In this document: in pieces, positions 19,870 to 35,941 of the stretch
How the letters are laid out: the number at the start of each line of letters is the position of its first letter
Position numbering within the stretch: the first letter of the stretch is position 1
Assembly: GCF_009914755.1 (NCBI RefSeq)
Contig: NC_060936.1
From: the human T2T-CHM13v2.0 reference genome, Homo sapiens
Reading direction: 5' to 3' (one strand)
DNA length: 64,000 bases
Notes under the pieces: model-generated
Seen by the model: only the letters and a program-made list of their open reading frames with translations
What the model was told of the DNA's origin: nothing
The model's database searches: none
Program-made: the position numbers and the translations under genes

Positions 19870-20790
19870 TAAAAATTATTTCTAAAACAAATCTTTAGAA
19901 TCTATCACAGGAACAGAAGTTTGAGCTATATGTATTTAGATATATCTATTTGTTGTCTGAAATATGTTTACAGCAAACCAGCAGAACATATCTGAAACAA
20001 AAACAGAATTTAAGAAATATAAAATGGTACATACTCCTTTTCATGTTATGCATGAGATTAGGAAAAAATAATTTCTCTAATGCTTCAAACTTGGCAAAAT
20101 TATTCAAAGGATGAACAAATGTCTGATGGAAAGAATCAGATTTAAAGTGATAAGATCAACGAGGAGAAAAGACTTCTTAATCCTTCAAGATTGCAAAACC
20201 AGTTGCCCAAAGACTCATTAAATCAAATGTATTAAATGCAGTCACATTCCACACACATTATTTTTCTGTTAAAAATAGAAAGGAGTTGTACAGTTTTGCT
20301 GTTGGAATAATAAATTAGTTTTGATTTTGTAGTTATATGGCAAGAAAATAGGGTCTGGAGGCAGGGAACATAAGGCCGATTCACACTACAGCTATGACAA
20401 GAAATATCCTCTCCATAGGGCATACACTGAGTAAATGACTTTGTAACTTTACTTCATCCTCTTCATTTACATAGGGCGTACCCCAAGTAGAGGGTATTTA
20501 AACTCACAAAAACTCTGTAACAAGGTCTTTGAGCCCCTATGCTCAGGCCCGCTCCCACACTGTGGAGTGTACTTTCATTTTCTATAAATTCCTTCATTCC
20601 TTCCTTGCTTTGTTTGTGCATTTTGTCCAATTCTTTGTTCAAGATGCCAAGAACCTGGACACCCTCCACCAGTGACAGTTATATTTGTGTACTTTGGACC
20701 CAATACTTTTTCCCCTAGCTCTCAAACATCATGTAGGCTTTTAAAATTCTCAGAGACCAAGACAGTGATAGCACTCTATCCTGATGAGTA
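19870..20790 (-). pseudogene. Candidate further F-type lectin domain (D3), N-exon split by MER61A
   Basis: SIFNRKIMCVECDCI*YI*FNESLGNWFCNL (~20190-20285) aligns nearly ungapped to D2. STQI*LQNQN*F spans the LTR insertion. A downstream acceptor tttgtttcag|A (~19991) is followed by RYI*I.I. Confidence 0.35.
20336..20677 (+). mobile_element. MER61A-like solo LTR
   Basis: AATAGGGTCTGGAGGCAGGGAACATAAGGCC...CCAGTGACA; 4-bp TSD GTTA. Confidence 0.85.
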
Positions 20791-21675
20791 AGGATGGAAA
20801 ATAAATGGAGGCCAAGGCCATTTACAGCTGGCGCTCACAACATCCTTGTGAAATAAAAGGGGACAGTATTTAAATTAAGGCATTTGCAAGAGAAGCAGAA
20901 GCTAAGAGTCAACAAAATACAAAGCTGTAAATTTGTGGGGAAAAAATACAATTATATAGAAAATGTGAATGTGGAAGCTAGTGAGAATTCTTGGAAAAAA
21001 TTCAGAAATTTGCAAGAGCAGGTTGTAACATAAACATGAAGTTAGCAAGAATGATAACTGATACAGGAGGTTTGGTTTTTAGCATGAGAACATGGAGGAA
21101 GTCGGATCATGAAGTTTCTGGTGTCAATTTTCTTGTGTCTTCTTGCTGTGTAACTGCCATGCAGAAGGCATGTGGACTTTTTACATGACCCCCACAGAAA
21201 AATTGGAGACAAAAAAATAGTTGGGCATTTGCTCTTAAAAGAAGGATGGTTAGCAATAACATAATAGTTTTACAGCTCAAAGTTTTCGAACCTAATTCTA
21301 AAAACGGAAGAAGTGATGACAGTAGTTGAGATGCAGATTTCAAATTCCCTCTCTTCAAGTTGAAGTGTTCCTGGAAATGGTATGCTCAGACAAAGAAAAA
21401 ATAATTCCCAAATCAAAACATGTAAACAGCATGGTGAAGAAGATTGCTGAGAAGGGGGAGAGGGCTGAGGATCTAAAATGGACCTTCAGGAAAGTTCGAC
21501 GCAGGAAAGTATGAAACTATTGAGACCCTCCCAGAGAACGGAGGGTTTGACTTCATCTGACTGTGTCTCCTCTGCTTGTGTTTGCTTAATAAATGTCTGC
21601 ATGTGAGGCAGACAACATACAAAAATCGATACTTAAAATAGAAATGATTGGGCTCTAAGATAATGAAATGGCTCC

Positions 21676-22310
21676 GTTGTCTGAGGAATATACCCTGGTT
21701 CTTTGTCACGGTCGAGAAAGAATTCACAACACAGACACACATCAGGAGTGGGTTTAGGAGAGGAAAGTTTAATAGCCAAAAAGGTAGAGAGAGAGAAAAG
21801 GCTTCTTCATGCTGAGAAAGCAGCTTGCCAAACAGAGGGTCTCTGGTTTGTGGCAGAATGAAATCGATTTTGTACAGAGGCTTGAGGAGGCGGTGATTGA
21901 TTTTAATAGGGCCCAGGGGATTGATTTGACCAGGTGTGCCATTTACATAGCCCGAAAAGACTGGCCCTCCCACCCTAGACTTTTATTATGCAAATGTGGC
22001 TTCTACCTGGCTGGTTGCCATGATACCCGTACATGTGGTTTTACCTAGAGGCTGCCAAAGCACTGGCACACATGGTGTGCCAGGAAAAGAGGGCGGGAGG
22101 TGCCATATTGAATGTACCTGGCTTCCAGGTACAGCTGCCGGCATTTACATATAAAATCTCCTAGTTTGCATATCTATGCCTGACTTTTCAGGGTGCTTTC
22201 TGTTAGGGAAGAAATTATTTGGGGCTGCTTTTTATTAAAAGAAAATTTCACCAAGAACTTTTACCCTTTCTGGCTGCCTAAAAATAATTTCTTAATAACT
22301 CCTGTTAATA
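21676..22310 (-). mobile_element. LTR9-family solo LTR
   Basis: Minus-strand start ACAGGAGTTATTAAGAAATTATTTTTAGGCAGC; internal ATGCAAAT. Confidence 0.8.
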
Positions 22311-22603
22311 AGAATTTAGGGAATCATAAAAAGGCCACTGAAATGAAAGTGGGAGAAAGCTCAAATGCTGTGAATTAACATCTGCCATTCATTGAGCACC
22401 TAGTGGGAACTTACCACTCAGATTATGTGTCAAACACCCAAGTCTGAGTAACCATAATTTGCGTTTCAAGTAAAAATCATTTCCATAAAACAGTGTCTAT
22501 TTCAGCTTATGACTCAAGCAATCATACAAATAAGTTGTAGTGGATGAAGAATATAATGACCACTAGTGGAGTTTGGTGTCACTGCTTTGATTTGTGCTGA
22601 GGT

Positions 22604-23653
<1,050 letters not shown>

Positions 23654-23687
23654 AGGCTACAGTGGTTTTACCATTATTGCTTTTGTA

Positions 23688-24142
23688 TGTGAACCCAGAC
23701 ATCTGAGACAGGTCTCAATTTAAAAAGTTTATGTTGCCAAGGTTGAGGATGTACCCATGACACAGCCTCAGGAAGTTCTGACCACATGTCCCCAAGGTGG
23801 TCAGAGCACAGCTTGGTTTTGTATATTTTAGGGAGACATGAGACATCAATCAATGTATGTAAGAAGTACATTGGTTTGGTCTGGAAAGGTGGGACAACTT
23901 GAAGCAAAGGCAGGAAGACTCAAAGTGGGAAGGGAGCTTCCAGGTCACAGATAGGTGAGACACAAATGGTTGCATTCTTTTGAGGTTCGGATTAGCCTTT
24001 CCAAAGAAGGCAAATCAGATATGCATCTATCTCAATGAGCAGAGGAGTGACTGAATAGAATGGGAGGCAGGTTTGCCCTAAACAGTTTCCAGCTTGAGTT
24101 TTCCTTAGTGATTTTGGGGGCCCAAGATATTTTCCTTTTACA
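23688..24142 (-). mobile_element. MER4A1-like solo LTR
   Basis: Minus-strand start TGTAAAAGGAAAATATCTTGGGCCCCCAAAATCACTAAG. Confidence 0.8.
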
Positions 24143-27100
24143 CTATTAACATGAATGTCAATATAGAGGAAAGGCAAGTAACATTTTAGTGTTCTTATGA
24201 TACTGATCTCATTGATCCCTTTAAGTGTCTTGGGAACCCTCACCCAAGGTGAATATGAACCACACTTTGAGAACCACTCCTCTGCATGATAACTATCTTG
24301 CTCACATTGCAGGTCTCATCTCCTATCACTCTCTGCTTGGCTCTCCAAGTTCCACCCACTAAAGGACATTTACATCAGCTGTTCCCAGAAAGCTCTGCCC
24401 CCTGGTGTCCTTATTGTTATCACAGCTCAGCTCAAATGGCACCTTGCAAAGACACTTTCTGTGATCACCCAGTTTAAAGAGCACCCCTTACCCGTAGTCA
24501 TTCCCTGTTACATTATCCTGCTTTATTTTTTAGAAAAAATTTTATCATTTGATATTAGTTTACTTTTTGAATTCAAGGAATTGAACTATCTTGTTCATTT
24601 CTGTATCCCTGTCTTTTAGAACAGTATAGTCAAAATTCAATAAATACTTATTGAATAAACAGATTTTAAAAGGACATTGAAGAATGAAAAAGAAAAGGTG
24701 AATATGACAGTAATTTGAATAATATAAAGCATTACAAAGTTGTTTACTGTAGTTTTCAATATTAATCTCCTGATGACTATGACCTTCTGCTGATTATTTT
24801 CCATTTTTTAAATGTTATTTAGACTTTAATATTCTCTATATAGCAATATGGAACTTGTATTCTTTTATTTTTCCTTCCTATTATTACACTTAGGTGGAGT
24901 GCAAAATATTTTAAGGTACAGCAATATAATCCTCCTTATATGTAAAAAAAAAGATTTCTTCCATTAGTGTCTTTAGAGGATAGTGTAAAGGTTAAAAACT
25001 ATGGGCATGATCAATTTGGGGATAACTGACATCTTTAGTATATTGAATCTTATTATTTAGGAACATGGTATGTCTGCCCCTTTATTTACGTCTTTCTTAA
25101 TGTATCTAAATGAAGTTTTATAATTATCTTCCCAACTGTTTTATATATTATTTATTAGAAGTATTCATAACTAGTATATATATGTTTGTTTGACTATAAA
25201 GCGTATGTTGTATATTTTTAAAATAATTCCTGGGTAGAAACTTAAATTTCAAAATATTGATCTTGTATCTGATAACCTTGCTAAACTCTTTCATTACATT
25301 CTAGTAATTTCTAGATAAAAGAAGTTTTCTATATATGCAAACATATCATCTGCTAAATATTCTTTTCCCTTTCTTCTCTCTTTATGATACTGTTTCAAAT
25401 AGGAGCGGCGAGATTCTGCATCTTAGCTTGCCTAGGTGGGGAGGTAAGACAGTTTTTATATTCTTATTTTCCCTCTTGTCTTATCTACTGTTTTACCTAA
25501 CAGTTTATATCTTGTTATGTTTCTGATTTTAAAGGTAATGCTTTTAACATTTCACTACCAAGTAAGATATTTACTGTAGGCATTTAGCTTTTATTTTATT
25601 TTATAGTTTTAGATTCTTTTATCAGGATAGAAAGATTTTTTTTCTATCCCTAGTTTTTAAAGTTTTTAATCATAAAAACTTTATTATTTAAACTTTATAT
25701 TGATTTTTCTGCATCTATTGAGATTATCAAAATGTTTTTTCAACTTTTTTTTTTGAGAAAGAGTCTTGCTCTGTTGCTCAGGCTGGAGTGCAGTGGCATG
25801 ATCTCGGCTCACTGCAACCTCTGCCTCCCAGGTTCAAGTAATTCTTGTGCCTCAGCCTCCTGAGTAGCTGGGACTACAGGTGTGCATCACCATGTCCAGA
25901 TTATTTTTGTATTTTTAGTAGAAACGGGGTTTTGCCATGTTGGCCAGGCTGGTCTTGAACTCCTGGCCTCAAGCGATCCTCCCGCTCTTGGCCTTCCACA
26001 GTGCTGGGATTATGGGCGTGAGCCACAGAACCCCGTCAACTTTTTATTTTTTAATAAGAAAATTATATCAGCCTATTTTGTCATGTTGAACTATTCATGG
26101 AATAGTTGCATTCATGAAACAAATGCAACTTGGTCAAAATATATTTATTTTCTTATTTATATATTGCTAGGTTTGGCTTGCTATTATTTTATTTGGATTT
26201 TTGCATCTGTATCTTGAGTAATATTGGTCCACAATTTGCCTTTCTCATATGAGAAAGAACTGCCTTTGTCAGGTTTTGGTGTCAAAGTTGTACTAACCTC
26301 ATACAATTAGTTGATGAGTATTATTTCTTTTTCTGTTAATTAGAAGAGTTTATATAAGGTTGGAATCATCTGTTCTTGAATGTGTAAGGAGGATATGATT
26401 TTTTAAACAAACACAAAACAGTACAAATCATAGAGGAAATGCTAAGTTTTTCTTCTTACATTAGAATTAAGAACTAAAAAAATTCACCAAATGCACTATA
26501 AAGTGAATGAAAATACAACTAAGAAATAATTGCAGTATGCCTAATTGTCAAAGGACTAATGTGTTCAGAATATAATACAACTTTTACAAATAATAAGAAA
26601 ACAATTGAATATAAAAATTATCTGTATAATCTTATTTGAATCATTCTCCTCTGTTCCACTCACCTGATGTAGGTAATTTTTATTACTTTTACTTTAAACA
26701 TTATAGTTTTTTTTAATGCATAGAGGAATATATACTCATGTTTTACCTCCTTTTATATCTAGTGACATTCCAATCTGTAATGTATGACAATACCTGGCTC
26801 TTCACAGCCTTTTTTTTTTTTTTTTTTTTTGAGACAGGGTCTGGAGTGGAGTGCAGTGGTATAGTCATTGCTCATACAACCTCAATTGCCTGAGCTCAAG
26901 CAATTCTTCCATCTCAGCTTCCCAAGTAGCTGGGACCACGGGCATGTGCCACCACACCCAGCCATTTTTTAAATTATTATTATTTGTAGAGACGAGGTCT
27001 TGCTATGTTGCCCAGGCTGGTCTTCAACTCCTGGGCTCAAACAATCCTTCCACTTTAGCCTCCCAAAGTGCTGGGATTACAGGTGTGAACCACTGTGCCC

Positions 27101-28704
27101 AGCCTACTTCATAGCCTCTGATGCAGAATCTGCTGTTAAAATTTTTGACTTTTAGTTATTTAATAGGTGAGAAATGATATTTCAGTGGTGTTCCTATTAC
27201 ATTTATCTTAACAGTTAGATCAAGAATCTTTTCTCAATGCTGCTTGTTTGGTTGGGTAAAAGAAAATAATTAAAAATAAAATAAAAAATTGTTATAAGTT
27301 TAAAGAATTCTCAATAGCTATACAACTTCAGGGTGAGACTGCACTTTGAAGATATATACTGCTGTCCTCTGGCATCCATCATTCCTGTTAAGAAGTTATC
27401 TGTCTTATATAATTACTTTATCTTTTTTCTGTAGCTGCTTTTAAAGACTTCTTTTTGTCTTTTGGGTTCTGCAGTTCTACCACAGAGTTTCTAGGTGGAT
27501 ATTTATTTTTATTTATTCTACTTGTGATTCACTGATAATTTTGACTATGAGGATTGGTTTCTTTCACCATTTCTGAATATTGTCAACTACTAGCTCTTCA
27601 AATATTGCCTCATTCTCATACTCTCTATTCTTTCCTTTTGAAACTTCTATTAGACAGAGAGGTATGCTTTCTTGCTTTATTCTCTATATTTATTCTCAAC
27701 TTTTATTTCAGGTTCAGGGCATACATGAGCAGGTTTGTTACATGGGTAAATTGCATGTCACTGAGGTTGGGTGTATAAATGACCTCTCTTGTCATGCAGG
27801 TAATGAGTATAGTACCCAATAGGCAGTTTTCCAGCCCTTTCCCCTCCAATCCTCCCCCTCTAGTAGTACTCAGTGTCTCTTATTCCCATCTTTATGTCCG
27901 TATGTACTCAATGTTTAGCTCCCACTTATAAGTGAGAAATATGCAATATTTCAGAACTGCTTTAGCTAATCTAGGTCCTTTGGCATTCCACATTAATTCT
28001 AGAATAATATTGCCTATGCCTTTTAAAATATTACTGGCATTTTGACTGACATTACATTAAACCTATACAATTTGGGGACGATTGACATCATTACTATAGT
28101 GCATCTCCCAATTCATGAACATGGTATGTCTCTCCATTTATTTAGATCTTTAAAATTTTTTAAATTGACAAATAGTAACTATGCATAGTTATGGGGTACA
28201 TGTGATGCTTTGATATGTGTATACATTTAAAATGATTAAATCTAGTAATTAGTATATATATCACCTCAAACATTTATCATTTATTGTTGTTAAAACATTC
28301 AAAATTCTCTCTTCTAGCAATTTTGAAATGTACAATACATTATTGTTAACTATTTTTACCCTACTATGCAATAGAACACCAGAACTTATTCCTCCTGTCT
28401 AACTGTACCTTTTTACCCATCGATCAACTTCTCCCCATTCTTTCCTATCCTCTACACTATCCAGCCTCTGGTAACCACTATTCTACTCTCTACTCCATCT
28501 CTTTTATATTCCACATATGAGTGAGAATTTGTTTTACTGTACCTGGTTTATTTAACTTAACATAATGTCCTCTAGGTTCATTATGTTGCCACAAATGATA
28601 GGATTTCATTGTTTTTTATGGTTGAATAATATACCATTGTGTATGTGTGTATACATATATATATCTATATATATCACATTTTAAAAAAACTATATATCAG
28701 GCTA

Positions 28705-28973
<269 letters not shown>

Positions 28974-29044
28974 CTACAGAGCAAGATTTCATCTCAAAAA
29001 AAAAATCTATTTATCTGTTGATGTACACTTAGGTTGATGGTTGA

Positions 29045-29426
<382 letters not shown>

Positions 29427-30065
29427 CTTCCTTGACATATTAATTCTATTTTTAAATTTTTTGATATATACCCAGTAGTAGTATTGTTAGATCATATGGT
29501 AGCTCTGTTTTTAATTTTTTGAGAAAACCTCCATACTGTTTTCCCTAATGTCTGGTACTAATTTACATTCCCACCAACAGTGTATTAAAGTTCCCCTTTT
29601 TCCACATCCTCATCAGCATCAGCATTTGTTATTTTTTTATCTCTTTGATGAAAGCCATTTTAACTGAGATGAGGTAATATATCTCATTGTGGTTTTGATT
29701 TGCATTTCCCTGATTAGTGATGCTGAGCATTTTCCATATCCCTTTGGTCATCTGTATGTCTTCTTTGGAGAAATGTCTACTCAGGCTTCTTGCCCATTTT
29801 TAAGTTGGGTTTTGGATTTTTTGGGTTGCTGTAGGGCTGTTTGAGTTCTTTGTATAATCCAGATATTAACCCCTTGTCAGATGCATAGTTTGCAGGTATT
29901 TTCTCCCACTCTATAGGCTTTCTCTTTGGTCTATTTCCTTTGCTGTGCAGAAGCTTTTTAGTTTGATGTAATTGCATTCACCTATTTTTGCTTTTGTTGC
30001 CTGTGTTTTTGAGGTCTTATCAAAAAAATTCTTGCTCCAGACAAATGCCATGAACCATTTCCCAG

Positions 30066-30124
<59 letters not shown>

Positions 30125-30133
30125 TAGATAGAT
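30066..30133 (+). repeat. (GATA)n(GACA)n compound STR (Alu tail-derived)
   Basis: Direct reading. Confidence 0.97.
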
Positions 30134-30273
30134 GTTTTGAGACAGAGTCTGCCATGCTGGAGTGCAGTGACATGATCTTGGCTCACTGCAACCTCCGCCT
30201 CCTGGGTTCAAGTGATTCTCATGCCTCAGCCTCCCAAGTAGCTGGGATTACAAGCACATACCATCACACCTGA

Positions 30274-30453
<180 letters not shown>

Positions 30454-32247
30454 TAAGTCTTTTTTTTTTAAGAGATAGGAACTCACTATGTCCACTGTGT
30501 TGCCCAGGCTGGCCTTGAACTCTTGGGCTCAAGTGATCCTCCTGCCTCAGCCTCCTGAGTAACTGGGTCTATGGATGTGCACCACCACCTGGCTACGTTT
30601 AAGTCTTTAATCTATTTTGAGCTGATTTTGCAGTTGGTGAGATAAGGATCTAGTTTCATTCTTCTGCATATATATCCAGTTTTTCAAGCACCATTTATTA
30701 GACTGTCCTTTTCCCATTGTGTGTTCTTGGCACTTTTATTGAAAATTAGTTGGCTGTAAATATGTGCATTTATTTCTATGTTCTCTATTCTATTCCACTG
30801 GTCATTGTGATTCTTTTTTTTTATTCCAGTGCCATGCTGTTTTGGTTACAATAGTTTTGCAGTATATTTTGAAGTCAGCTACTGTGATGCCTCCAGCTTT
30901 CTTTTTCTTTGCTCAAGATTGCTTTGGCTATTCAGGGTCTTTTGTGGTTCCATGCAATTTTTTTTCTTACACTGCTATTTTGAATTCCTTGTCTAATAGG
31001 TCACACATCTTCTCTTTGGGATTTGTCACTAGCCCCTTATTTTGCCTGTTTAGTGAGGTCATAATTCCGATTGTACTTGGTGATTGTGGCTGCACTTCGA
31101 TGTCTGCACATCGAAAAATTAGGTATTTATTTTAATCTTCACAGTCTGGCTTTAAATGTTCCCATGCTTCTTCAGTGGGCCTGTTCAGTTATCCAAGCCG
31201 ACTGTTATGAAAGACTCTGACCAGTGCAGCTGTTCCGACACTAGAGGGTGCCCTAAGCCCATATTTGTTGTCAGTTTCACAAAAGTTCCATAGTTGGCAT
31301 GCACTCTGGCAGAGATGGACCTGGTGAAGATCCAAGGCATGTACCCAAGTTGAGTGAGAATATTGGCCAGGGACCCAAGTCTGGAAGCCTGTCCCATAGG
31401 CCCAGACAGGCGAGGCTTCCAGGCCAGTTCCCCAACTGCAGCAGGAGAAGATGGAGCTGAGCCTGGGCCGCCTCTGTACCTGCTGTGGGATGGGGGCTGG
31501 TGGCCCAGATATGCAAGCCTCCCAGCAGTTCTCAGGAGACGCTGAAGTTGAGACTAGTTCCCCTCAGAATTCACTGTGAGATCAAGGCCAGTGAGTTCAC
31601 CCCAGTAGGTCAGGTGGGTGCACATCCCACAGTCATTTCCTGCACAAATGGGACAGTTCCCAGACTGAGGAGCTGGAGTTGATTGGGCCCCCTCAGGATC
31701 TGCTTTGGGATGGAGGCTGATGTGCCCATCATGTAGGCTTACATGACTGACATGTGTAATCCCTAGACTGTGAGATATTGGTGAGTCTTTCTCTTGAGTT
31801 CTTGCACAAACAGTAATAAGCTGGGATCCCAGATGAGGAGGACTGGAGCCCAGTTACAAGGTAACTTTCAAATTCACTTCCAAGACCGTTGTCAGTGGGC
31901 AGACGAGCCTTTCTGCCAAGGTACTAATGTGCATGATTCCTCCTGGACCCCTTGGCAAATTGTTTTGGTTCAAGGATAAACAGGACTGTACCTAAGCCTT
32001 TTGGGAAACAAGGCTGTTTCTAGATTTAAATCCCAGGGGCATGATCAGCAGGTCTGCCACCTGGCTGTTGGTCTGCACTCTCAAAACAGTCTTTCTGGCT
32101 CTTGGGCTCCACCAGGGATTCATAGCTTCCTACCTTCCTACCTTCCTACCTTCCTACCACAGAGACTTGTCTGTGGATGAATGCAGACAAATTTTGAGAG
32201 GATATGAGTGGGTGACTTCCTATTACACCATTTTGCTGATTTGTTTC

Positions 32248-32687
32248 TGTTACGTGTGTCCATGTGAAGAGACCACCAAACAGGCTTTGTGTGAGCAATA
32301 AAGCTTTTTAATCTCCTGGGTGCAGGTGGACTGAGTGAAAAAGGAGTCAGCAAAGGGAGGTAGGGGTGGGGCAGTTTTATAGGATTTGGGTAGGTAGTGG
32401 AAAATTACAGTTAATGGGGGTTTTTCTCTTGCGGGCAGGGGTGGGGGTCACAAGGTGCTCACTGGGGAGCTCCTGAGATTCATTGTCCAGGAGAAGGAAT
32501 GTCACAAGGTCCATTGATCAGTTAGAGTGGGGCAGGAACAAATCACAGTGGTGGTGTGTCATCAGTTAAGGCAGGAACTGACTATTTTCACTTCTTTTGT
32601 GGTTCTTCAGTTGCTTCAGGTCATCTGGATGTATATGTGCAGGTCACAGGTGATATGATGGCTTAGCTTGGGCTCAGAGGCCTGACA
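32248..32687 (-). mobile_element. Solo LTR7-family LTR (older subtype)
   Basis: TGTCAGGCCTCTGAGCCCAAG start on minus; TSD GTTTC/GTCTC. Confidence 0.92.
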
Positions 32688-35600
32688 GTCTCTAGATTTT
32701 ATTTATCACTGTTTTGTAATTTTTAGCATTAAAATAATATACATATTTTCTTAGATGTATACCTAAGTATTTCATTTTTTGAGTGATTATAAATGATATT
32801 GTATTTTAAATTTTGATGTTCATATATTTATTGCTGGTATACAGAAATAGAATTAATTTTTATATGTTGATCTTGGGTCAGTGACCATGCTGAACTCCCT
32901 TATTAGTTCCAAGACCCTTTTCATAGATGCTTTAAAATTTTCTACACAAACGATCATGTAATCTGTAAGTAAGGACAGTTTAATATCGTTTTCACTGAGA
33001 TATATGCCTTTCATTTTTCTTCTTCCCTTATTCAGTGGCTGTAATGTCCAGGACTATGTTGACTAACATAGTCAACTGGTGAGAGCAGACATTATTTTCA
33101 ATCTTGGGGTCCACAAGATTCAGTCTTTCACCATTAAATATCATGTTTGCTGTAGTTTCTTTGTAGATGATATTTGTCAAGTTAAAAAATTTCCCCCATC
33201 TTTCTCATTTTATGAGAATTTTTATCATTAATGAATTGTGAATATTAACAAATGCTTTTTCTGCATCAGTTGATAATATTGTGTAATTTTCTGTTGATGT
33301 GATAAATGATATTAATTGATTTTTCAATATTGAACCATCCTTGTATCCTGAAATAAACCCCACTTGATAGTTGTTTATAATTCTTTTTATATATTGCTAA
33401 ATTCTACTTGCTAGTATTTTATTAAAGATTTTTTATCTGTGTTCATGAAATATTGGTCTGTAGTTAATATCTTTTCCTCATTCTTTCTTTTTTATTTCTC
33501 TCTTTCTTGTGCTGTTTTTGTCTTGTATGGATATCAAGATAATTCTAGATTTATAAAATTAATTGAGAAAAAATTTTCTCCCTTTCTGTTTTCTGGAAGA
33601 GATTGTGTAGAGTTGGCATTAATTCTTCTTTAATGTTTGGTAGAATTCTTGAATGAAACCATCTAAGCCTGAAGAGATTTCTTCTTGGAGAGTTTTAAAA
33701 AATTCGAAGTCAATTTTCTTAATACTTATCAGTCTATCAGCATATATTTCATTTTGGTGAGTTCTGGTAGTTTGTGTTCTATTTTATCTAAGATAATTTT
33801 GATATCTAAGATAATTCTATCTTTGATAAAATAGAATAAAATAAAAATTCATCTATTTTATCTAAGTTGCCAAATTTATGTGTATGGATTGGTTTCCTTA
33901 TTATGCTTTTAATGTGTGTAGGGTCTGAAGCACTATCTCCTATTTTATTCTTGATGTTGGTAATTTGTGTCTTTTCTCTTTTTTAAAACAACTTTTCAAG
34001 AGGTTTGTCAATTTTATTGACCTTTTCAAAGAATGATTTTCACATTGATTTTTCTGTATTGCCTGTTTTCATTTATTTCTGCTCTTATCCTTATTATTTT
34101 CTTTTTTAAAAATTATACATTTTATTTATTTATTGTTATTTTTTGAGACAGGGTCTTGCTCTGTTGCCCAGGCTGGAGTACAGTGGTAGAATCATGGCTC
34201 ATTGCAACCTTGAACCCTTAGGCTCAAGCAGTCCTCCCACCTCAGCCTCCCAAGTAGCTGGGACTACAGGCATGCACCACCCTTCCCAGCTAATTTTTTG
34301 TACTTTTTTGTAGAGGTAGGGTCTTGCTATGTTACCTGGACGGGTCTTGATCTTCTGGTCTCAAGTGATCTTCCCACCTTGGCCCCCCAAACAACTGAGA
34401 TTACAGGTGTGGGCCACTGCTCCCAGCCCATCCTTATTATTTTCTTCCATCTGCTAGCTTTGGGTTTACTTTGCTGTTTCTTTTCTGTGTTTCTGAGAAG
34501 ACAGCTTAGATTAATACTTTGAGATTCCTCTTTTCTAATGTATGTAATTTAGTGGTATAAAGTTCCTTTTTAGCAATGCTTTGGTTTTAGCCTACAAATT
34601 TGGCATGTTGTGTGTTCATTCAATTAAATGCATTTTTATTGCCCTTGAAACTTTTTCTTTGAAAGAGAACAATATAAAATGTGTTGTTTGGTCTCCAAGT
34701 GTTTGGAGGTTTTCCTGTTATCTTTCTGTTATTGATTGTTAGTTTAATTCCTCAGTGGTTAGAGAACACATTCTGTATGATTTAAATTAAAAAAAAAACA
34801 TTTTTAGGTTTGTTTTATGGCCTGGGATATGATCTATCTTATTACATATTCCTTGAGCACTTGCAAAGAATATGTTTTCTGCTGTTGTTGGATGGAGTGT
34901 TCTATAAACGTTGATAAAATCCTGTTGGTTGATGGTGTTGAATTCATCTGTCACCTTGCCGATTTTCTGTCTAGTTCTATCAATTATTGAAGGAGAGGTA
35001 TTGACATTTCCAATTACAACTGCGGATTTGTCAATTTTTTATTTTATTTCTATTTGTCTTTGCTGCACATATTTTTCAACTCTGCTATTTGGTACATACA
35101 CATTTAGGATAGATATGTCTCCTTGGTTGATTGACCTTTATCATTACATAGTGTCCCTCTTTGTCTCTGGGGTTTTTTTTTATGTTCTGAAGTCCACTTT
35201 GTCTGATATTAATACAGTCACTGATGCTTCTTTTTTTAAGTGAAACATGGTGGCTCTTTATTGAAATTTTCATGTGAGGACAGAAACTAATATAATACAT
35301 TTAATTAACTTGGAATATTTGTGTGAAGATATAAACTAATACCTTCAAATATCCTAGAATCTATCATTTCTAAGCCAGATTATGCTCTTCTATCATTTTC
35401 ATTCTTTAGCATATGACACAAGTGGGAAATATGTCAAGGGGATGTATGGTGTGTGGTATTAAGGAATGCTATTCTTGATGGCTCGCTATTGTATGGTTTC
35501 CAAAACTGTGCTGAAATAATTTTACATTTGGTTGCCTTACTTATTCTCAAGCATTTACAATAAATACGCATGTGAGAAAGAACACAGATACACTTATATC

Positions 35601-35818
35601 AACCAGTAAGATTGTTCATTAATTATCAAATACAGTGTATGTTAAAAGCCTATAGGGTTTAGGTTGCTATGTTAGTGATTGGCAAATAATACTTTTACTA
35701 GATGTAGAGTTTTTACTGGAAAAGGCAGATACTTTATTTTATTATTAGTATTATTATTATTATTATTATTATTATTTTTGAGACAGAGTCTTGTTCTGTC
35801 GCCCAGGCTGGAGTGTAG

Positions 35819-35941
<123 letters not shown>

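Noticed and set aside
20336-20677. p53 site in the MER61 LTR
   Set aside because: The candidate half-sites read GGGCATACAC and GGGCGTACCC, not RRRCWWGYYY.
21109-22385. Plus-strand signal-peptide-like MKFLVSIFLCLLAV* and FTLD-like fragments (NRNDW, TEMKVGES)
   Set aside because: No WWxVDL or GRYV core and it is on the opposite strand to the clear exons; indistinguishable from chance.
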